From Candidatus Latescibacterota bacterium (GTDB taxonomy: Bacteria; Latescibacterota; UBA2968; GCA-2709665), in NCBI GenBank assembly GCA_965248435.1, contig OZ252100.1:672001-736000 (forward strand): 64,000 nt of DNA, read 5' to 3'. Every line of letters begins with the position of its first letter. Position 1 is the stretch's first letter. Under the pieces are notes generated by a model. The model made no database searches. It saw only the letters and a program-made list of their open reading frames with translations, and had not been told where the DNA came from. The translations under genes were made by a program, and so were the position numbers. Below are positions 58,046-64,000 of the stretch, in pieces.

Positions 58046-58702
58046 ATGATCAGGTCTATTACTATTTTCGGAAGAATCGGATTGCTGGCCTTGCTGTTCT
58101 GTTCGGACAGCGAAGGGCAGACGCGACTCGAAGGGATAGGCGAGGTCGGTGGGGGCATATTCCTGCCGACGGGGTCAGAGGGAGACGTTGCACAGCTCAG
58201 TCCAGCCCTGCAGCTCGTGGCGAGCGTTAGGTTTGCGAACCATCTGGGAGCTGAAGCGGAATTCCTTTACGTGCCGATCGTTTTCGAGTCCGACGCCCTC
58301 CCCTTTTCCGCTTACAGGCGGAGCTCGCAGATATCTGCGGTCGCGGGTCCCCGATTTATATCCGGTGCGCTCCTCGGATCTACACGGGCCGCGGTCGCGT
58401 ACCTCTCCCTCCGAGCGGGCTTCGCGAGGATCGTAACCGAGACGAACACCCTCTTATTCGAAGGCGGATGGATTGGACGCTCTGCACAAGCAGTTGAAAA
58501 TCCAGGGCTTACAGGAACTTCCTACACTTCCAGACGGGAGGCTTTTGTCCTTTCCCCTAAAGTGGGCACCCTCTTCCGCCTTACCGAAAGATCTGCCTTC
58601 AACATCGCTTTCTTCCCCATCTTCGTATTCGATCAGGATGAAGTAAGCACCCAGTTCTACATCACCGTAACCTTCGCCCTTTCCGCCTGGCAAATCTTCT
58701 AG
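58046..58702 (+). CDS. Secreted / outer-membrane beta-barrel-like hypothetical protein
   Basis: Signal-peptide-like N-terminus, alternating beta-strand pattern, C-terminal Phe. Confidence 0.5.
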   Translation: MIRSITIFGRIGLLALLFCSDSEGQTRLEGIGEVGGGIFLPTGSEGDVAQLSPALQLVASVRFANHLGAEAEFLYVPIVFESDALPFSAYRRSSQISAVAGPRFISGALLGSTRAAVAYLSLRAGFARIVTETNTLLFEGGWIGRSAQAVENPGLTGTSYTSRREAFVLSPKVGTLFRLTERSAFNIAFFPIFVFDQDEVSTQFYITVTFALSAWQIF

Positions 58703-58729
58703 CGTAATTGCCCTGGATGAGGACAGGTA

Positions 58730-59710
58730 ATGACGAAAGCTAAGATTATAGCCAAAACACTGGCAGCACGATTTGGCAAACCTTCACCGCTTGCCCTCAC
58801 TTACGAACTCACACATCTCTGTAATCTCGAATGCATCTACTGCGACCGTCACACACCCCTACCGAAAGAATTGTCTCACGATGTCATTTTTGGGGTTCTT
58901 GAAGAATTCATTGAATTGGGGATGTGGAAGATCAACCTGGATGGTGGTGAGCCTTTGGCCCATCGGCATATCGACGAGATCGTCTCGTGGCTTGCCGAAC
59001 GCGACATATCGGTCCGGATAAACACGAATGGCATTCTTGTACCCAAAAAGATTGAATCCATAAAGAAGATGTCGGTAGTGAAGATAAGTCTGGATGGGCC
59101 GAGAGAGAACCACTCCATGCGCGGAAAGGGATCATTCGATAAGGCGATTCACGGGGCCACCGCGGCCAGGGAGGCGGGCGTCCCGAAGGTGGCGTTTACG
59201 TGTGTCCTGGGACAACACAATGCCAGTGCGATCGATTCCCTCATCGATTTGCTTGAGGAACTTAACTTCCCCGTAATTTTTCAGCCCCTGCGCAACAGTC
59301 TGTTTCAAGGAATGGACCGGGACGGCTCTGAATTTCAGTTACAGGACTTGGAGCTAAAGACCGCATTCGCAAAGATCGAAGAACGGAAACGGTCGAGTGA
59401 AGTCATCAACAACAAGTGGTCCAGTCTCCGCCACTTCAGGACGTTTCCTGATGACACATCACTGCCTTGTTCAGCGGGCTGGATTTCCGCGACCATGGAC
59501 CCAGAAGGCAACCTTTATCATTGTGGGCAGATCAACCGGGGGGATAAAACGAAGAACGTTTTACGGCGCGGCGTTCGGGCTGCGTTCGAAAATTTGAACA
59601 GAAACGGATGTCCTCAGTGCTGGTGCGCTCGAACCGTTGAAGGCAATTACAAGTGGGGCGGTCGCATTGACAAACTGATTCCCCTTACGGCGCGACGAAT
59701 ACCTGCCTAG
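58730..59710 (+). CDS. Radical SAM protein with a SPASM/twitch-like C-terminus
   Basis: CNLECIYC, GGEPL, and CSAG...HC...CPQCWC. Confidence 0.9.
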   Translation: MTKAKIIAKTLAARFGKPSPLALTYELTHLCNLECIYCDRHTPLPKELSHDVIFGVLEEFIELGMWKINLDGGEPLAHRHIDEIVSWLAERDISVRINTNGILVPKKIESIKKMSVVKISLDGPRENHSMRGKGSFDKAIHGATAAREAGVPKVAFTCVLGQHNASAIDSLIDLLEELNFPVIFQPLRNSLFQGMDRDGSEFQLQDLELKTAFAKIEERKRSSEVINNKWSSLRHFRTFPDDTSLPCSAGWISATMDPEGNLYHCGQINRGDKTKNVLRRGVRAAFENLNRNGCPQCWCARTVEGNYKWGGRIDKLIPLTARRIPA

Positions 59711-59791
59711 GTTCTCTTAAGAGCAGCAGCTCTACTATTGGCCAGCCGGGGATTCGGGCTGCGGTAAATGCTGGTATACGCTACTTCGCTT

Positions 59792-59822
59792 TTCCTACCT
59801 TCCTACCTTCCTATCTTCTACC
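59792..59822. repeat. 8-mer tandem repeat (TTCCTACC)
   Basis: ttcctacc ttcctacc ttcctatc ttctacc. Confidence 0.65.
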
Positions 59823-59839
59823 GATCCCGGAGTTGACTC

Positions 59840-60580
59840 ATGTGCTTCGACCGACTGCGCAGCTATTTTGCAGTGCGCGTCCGAAAAGACTTGCACTTTC
59901 GAAGAGTCATGGAAACAGATTTGGCGATGCGGTGGCTCAACTCCGGAACCGGGCAGCGTATATTAGACATCGGCTGTGGGGATGGGACCTACGACTATCG
60001 CCTCGTTCGCCAGGGAGCGACTGTGGTGGGGATCGACATCGATCGGCAGAGACTTCTGAGAGCGTCACACCATCATTTAGGTCGCGGTCTTGTATTCCTC
60101 GAAGCCCGCGCCGAGTCCATTCCTGTCAGAAGCGGATCTTTTGATTCGGTGATGAGCCTCTGTGTTTTCGAGCATCTGGCCCACGACGATCAGGTGCTGG
60201 CGGAGGCACGCCGTGCCTTGCAATCCAAAGGACGATTGCTCCTGACGCTCGACAGTTTCAGCCGACCCGACGTATCGGAGTGCTGGCGTAACCGCCTCCG
60301 AAAGACACACGGTGTGCGCCAATTGTACACGATCTCCGCCATCGAATCGAAGTTGCAACAACAAGGCTTTCGGTTGCTTCGTTCTCGCTATGTCATGTCC
60401 TCACCCCTCGACCTCCATCTCATCAAGCTGAGCTATGATACAGAACACATGAAACCGATCTGGGCTGCCCTGATACGCACATTCCTGGTGACCGCCGGGA
60501 GATTGATAAGCCATCTCGCCAATACCGGACTGAGTGCGGACAGTGGATGGACCTTGATGGTGGAGGCTTCTCTGGCCTGA
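59840..60580 (+). CDS. Class I SAM-dependent methyltransferase
   Basis: ILDIGCGDG, GIDID and VFEHL motifs. Confidence 0.88.
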   Translation: MCFDRLRSYFAVRVRKDLHFRRVMETDLAMRWLNSGTGQRILDIGCGDGTYDYRLVRQGATVVGIDIDRQRLLRASHHHLGRGLVFLEARAESIPVRSGSFDSVMSLCVFEHLAHDDQVLAEARRALQSKGRLLLTLDSFSRPDVSECWRNRLRKTHGVRQLYTISAIESKLQQQGFRLLRSRYVMSSPLDLHLIKLSYDTEHMKPIWAALIRTFLVTAGRLISHLANTGLSADSGWTLMVEASLA

Positions 60581-60655
60581 GGTCGATGCCATTCACGAAT
60601 GGTTACAGTTTCACCGGAAACCTTGAACGACTGACCCGTAACTTCTGAGTTCACC

Positions 60656-61768
60656 GTGCCGGATACCCGAATCGAGCGAATTGCCGAAGTTCTCGTCAAC
60701 TATTCCCTGGACATTCAGCCCGGGCAGAAGCTGCTGATCAGGGGAGGCGCGGCGGCCGAGGCCCTTATACGTGAATCCTATCGGAAGGCCATGCACGCTG
60801 GCGCTCTTGTTTCACTTCAGGTCGGTCTCCCGGGCCTGTCAAAAATCTTCTTCGAAGAAGCGAGCGACGAGCAGCTCGAATGGGTCCAGCCGCTCTACCG
60901 CATGGCTGCCGAAGAGTACGATGCCTATCTCGCCATCCAGTCTGAGGTCAACACTCGGGAGGGAAGTGGTTTCGACAGCGAAAAGGAGGCCAGGTTCGGT
61001 CGAGCTGTGGAACCGGTGCGTGAAACGTTCTTCGAAAGGGCGGCAGCCGGAAACCTGAAATGGTGTGTCACGATCTTTCCGACGAACGCCTACGCACAGG
61101 ATGCAGGGATGGCCCTGGAAGATTACGAAGACTTCGTTTTTGGCGCTTGTCTGCCTGACCCGGACGACCCGGTCGGATTCTGGAAAAAGATGGAGGAACG
61201 GCAGGATCGGCTTGTGAACTATCTGTCAAAAGCGAAGCAACTTCGTGTGCAGGCCGAGGACACCGATCTCAGGGTCGGCGTAGCGGGTCGTACGTGGATC
61301 AACTGCTCAGGGCGAGAGAATTTTCCCGACGGGGAGGTCTTTACGGGTCCGATAGAAACGGAGACGGAGGGCGCGGTCAGGTTTTCCTACCCTGCCGTTC
61401 ACGGGGGCCGTGAAGTGACCGATGTCCGCCTGCAATTCAAAAAAGGTCGCGTGGTGAGTGCCACAGCGGATCGGGGTGAGGAATTCCTGCGGGACATGCT
61501 TGAACGAGACGAGGGCGCGAGTGTGCTCGGGGAATTTGCGATTGGCACCAATCCGGGCATCGATCGGTTTACGCGCAATACGCTATTCGATGAGAAGATT
61601 CAGGGAACCGTCCACATGGCCCTTGGGAACTCCTATCCCGAAAGCGGGGGTGTGAATAAATCTCAGATCCACTGGGACATGGTCTGTGACCTCAGGAAAG
61701 GCGGTCGGCTCTTTGCGGATGGCGAGCTGATATACGAGGACGGGTCTTTTCTGATCGACCTGGATTAG
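60656..61768 (+). CDS. Aminopeptidase, M29 (AmpS/PepS) family
   Basis: NFPDGEVFTGP, DEKIQGTVHMALG and SQIHWD motifs. Confidence 0.93.
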   Translation: MPDTRIERIAEVLVNYSLDIQPGQKLLIRGGAAAEALIRESYRKAMHAGALVSLQVGLPGLSKIFFEEASDEQLEWVQPLYRMAAEEYDAYLAIQSEVNTREGSGFDSEKEARFGRAVEPVRETFFERAAAGNLKWCVTIFPTNAYAQDAGMALEDYEDFVFGACLPDPDDPVGFWKKMEERQDRLVNYLSKAKQLRVQAEDTDLRVGVAGRTWINCSGRENFPDGEVFTGPIETETEGAVRFSYPAVHGGREVTDVRLQFKKGRVVSATADRGEEFLRDMLERDEGASVLGEFAIGTNPGIDRFTRNTLFDEKIQGTVHMALGNSYPESGGVNKSQIHWDMVCDLRKGGRLFADGELIYEDGSFLIDLD

Positions 61769-61813
61769 CCCACCGATTGGGGAATGCAGTTTTTATGATC
61801 ACCCAACGGGGAT

Positions 61814-61857
61814 GAGACGCTCCGCCGGGGCGTCTCTACACGATCCACGATCCACGG
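61814..61857. repeat. GTAG-type REP hairpin abutting a 7-mer tandem repeat
   Basis: GAGACGC-N9-GCGTCTC-TAC followed by cacgatc cacgatc cacgg, between convergent genes. Confidence 0.55.
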
Positions 61858-61859
61858 GT

Positions 61860-62915
61860 TCACGCCCACTTCTCGGGGTCCAGGCCAAGCTCTCTGGCTG
61901 CTTCACACATATCCGCCCACGTAGGCTCCTCCACTTCAATACCATCTGCCTCCAACTGTTGCGCCTTCCGAAATTCAGGCTCTCCAGGAAGCAGGATCTC
62001 CTTGAAACCGGGAGCCAGACGGCTGCTCCTGACGTGGAGAATCAACGCCTCGACTTCCTCGTAGTAATAATCCATTTCAGCGAAGTGTTCAATGTTGTAG
62101 GCCGTTAGCAGCACCCCATTGCTCACCATCGCACGCTCGCCCGCCGCACACCCCTGGCCGCTCAATATCCCTCCAAGTAGCTCAACGACGAGGCCAAGCC
62201 CGAATCCCTTGTGCGCCACCACGCCTCCCAGTGGAAGGATTGCGCCCGGTGGATCGGCCTTGAAGTCGTTGGGTTCCGTCGTTGGGTTGCCGTCAGAGTC
62301 GATTAGCCACCCTTCGGGCACCTTCTCGCCCCGATTTATCGCCACGCGAATCTTTCCCTCGGCTACTACGGAAGTCGTCATGTCCACGAGGATGGGATCT
62401 GCCTCGCGACGGGGTGCCGAAAAGGCGATTGGATTCGTGCTCAGCCGCCCGTCCATACCTCCAAACGGGGCGATTTGGTAGCCAAGATGCCCTGCATTCG
62501 CGAAGATCAACCCGATCATGCCCTCGCGGGCGATTTTGAGTGGATAGGCCCCGACGCGGCCAATGTGGCTCGTGTTTCGAAGGCTCACCGCCGCAACGCC
62601 GTGCTGCCGGGCCTTCTCGATTACAACGTCGGTGGCGAATGTAGCCCCGACCTGGCCGAGGGCGCCCCCAGCATCCACAACGGCACTACACGGGTTTTCA
62701 CTGACGAGTTCGGGTTTTGCACGCGCCTGAAACACGCCGTCACGCATAGACCTGACATACTGACCGAACCGAATGACGCCGTGCGAATCGTGGCCGAACA
62801 GGTTTGATTCTATCAGGTGGTCGACGACGGCCTTTGCGTCCTCCTCTGTACACCCGGAGGCTTGAAAAAGCTCGTAGCCGATTTCTCGCAGCAGGTGAGC
62901 ACTCACTCTTGGCAC
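61860..62915 (-). CDS. Ldh_2 family oxidoreductase (paralogue of 29506-30558)
   Basis: GHDSHG, SHIGR, TNPIA and HKGFGL motifs. Confidence 0.92.
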   Translation of the reverse strand: MPRVSAHLLREIGYELFQASGCTEEDAKAVVDHLIESNLFGHDSHGVIRFGQYVRSMRDGVFQARAKPELVSENPCSAVVDAGGALGQVGATFATDVVIEKARQHGVAAVSLRNTSHIGRVGAYPLKIAREGMIGLIFANAGHLGYQIAPFGGMDGRLSTNPIAFSAPRREADPILVDMTTSVVAEGKIRVAINRGEKVPEGWLIDSDGNPTTEPNDFKADPPGAILPLGGVVAHKGFGLGLVVELLGGILSGQGCAAGERAMVSNGVLLTAYNIEHFAEMDYYYEEVEALILHVRSSRLAPGFKEILLPGEPEFRKAQQLEADGIEVEEPTWADMCEAARELGLDPEKWA

Positions 62916-63051
62916 AGGAACTCCTTTCTTGTTGAAGGATGCGGGTTTAACCGCGGATCAAACAATTCCGCTTGACTCTCTCGCTTTAATGGGTATTATG
63001 CTCATGTGCTCCCCTGTATGCATGATAAGCCTCATAATTAAAGGCAGTTAA

Positions 63052-64000
63052 GTGACAGAATCTGAATTCAGACATCTCCTGGAAATCGAAGCTTTTCCCC
63101 CGCTTCCTGGGGTCACCTCGGAAATCCTTAAGGTGACGAAAGAGCTGGGCGCCCCGATCAAGGCAATCGCCAAATTGCTGCAAGCGGATCCGCCCCTCCT
63201 CAACAAAATCCTGACTGTGATAAACGCGCCTTTCTACCAGTTCACAGAACCGATATCCGAGATTGAACAGGCGCTTTCCATTCTGGGTTACAGGAAGGTG
63301 TCCAGCCTCGCCGTTGGCCTTTCCCTCTTAGATCTGTTCCCTCCCGAGCAGGCCCATGGCTTCGATTACAGGGGCTTCTGGGAACGCTCGCTTGCGACGG
63401 CGATCGCAGCTGGGGAAATCACGACGCATTTGCACGAAAATATGCTCGAGGAGCCATTCGCTGTCGGACTCATGCAGGACGTCGGTACCCTTCCTCTGGT
63501 CCGCTACAACGCCTTCAAGTATGGGCAGGCCATCGGACTCGCTCGGGGCATGGGCACACATATCGTGCACGGAGAACGAGAGCTCCTGGGCATAGATCAC
63601 GCCACCGCAGGGGCCATTCTTTGCAAATACTGGAACCTCTCTGCTCAATTCGCAGAAATTGTAGAACACCAGCACTACTCCGAGTTTAACGCCGATGTCG
63701 CCGTGGATCTAAAGGAGACCATCCAGGTTGCAAACCTTTCCAACCTTATGACAGACTCGCTCTATAAGTCGGACTCCGAATCCCAAAGAGAAATCCTCTA
63801 TGAGAGAGCTCAGACCTTCTTTTTCCGGTTCAGTCGCAGTCTGGTCGATGAAATCCTGGAAAAGATACCGAACCATTTGAAAAAAATTGCTCCAGTATTC
63901 TCTCTGGACGTCGGCCGTACCGATGAAGCAGAGGCGCCGGCTGCCGAAGAGTATCACGAAAAGTGCCCGGAGTGCGGCGCAGACGGATCGAGCAAGTTCT
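63052..64000 (+). CDS. HDOD-domain signalling protein, 3' end outside the window
   Basis: Manual translation: FPPLPG...DPPL..KIL..INAPFY...FWERSL...GLMQDVG...LGIDHA.AG...W, then CPECG. Confidence 0.85.
   Translation, partial: MTESEFRHLLEIEAFPPLPGVTSEILKVTKELGAPIKAIAKLLQADPPLLNKILTVINAPFYQFTEPISEIEQALSILGYRKVSSLAVGLSLLDLFPPEQAHGFDYRGFWERSLATAIAAGEITTHLHENMLEEPFAVGLMQDVGTLPLVRYNAFKYGQAIGLARGMGTHIVHGERELLGIDHATAGAILCKYWNLSAQFAEIVEHQHYSEFNADVAVDLKETIQVANLSNLMTDSLYKSDSESQREILYERAQTFFFRFSRSLVDEILEKIPNHLKKIAPVFSLDVGRTDEAEAPAAEEYHEKCPECGADGSSKF

Overview
A GC-rich bacterial chromosomal segment, mostly housekeeping genes. The expansion of PhyH, sialidase and MBL genes plus a DUF4321-like gene hint at an uncultured Latescibacterota/Poribacteria-like lineage; this is inference only. 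In order, it holds: a partial DnaE2-type polymerase; a hybrid histidine kinase with no sensor domain; two tandem Ni/Co-permease paralogues; sucA-sucB-lpdA; an ilvN-ilvC-leuA-leuC-leuD-leuB operon that lacks ilvB; an ~11 kb catabolic accessory block; cimA-aminotransferase-argJ-aminotransferase-accA; a 1.2 kb intergenic region with no credible gene; comEC; ecfT-truA-htrA-psd-pssA-tatA-gatAB; MATE; trxB; a speD-speE fusion; two acetyltransferases; a queuosine-salvage glycosylase; an ATP-cone kinase; radical SAM and methyltransferase genes; an aminopeptidase; and a partial HDOD gene. The most notable unannotated signals are four. (1) A promoter-led, U-tract-ended ~475-nt structured non-coding locus (37576-38048) containing two long rod-like folds, one with 6S-like architecture. 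(2) An Ile/Leu/Val-rich leader peptide with a six-segment alternative-helix cascade ending in Shine-Dalgarno sequestration upstream of ilvN. (3) A UroD/corrinoid-protein chimera that looks like a deletion scar. (4) Several families of REP-like and 7/8-mer palindromic repeats. No rRNA, tRNA, CRISPR array or transposase was recognised. All helices were assigned by eye; no folding or database search was run.
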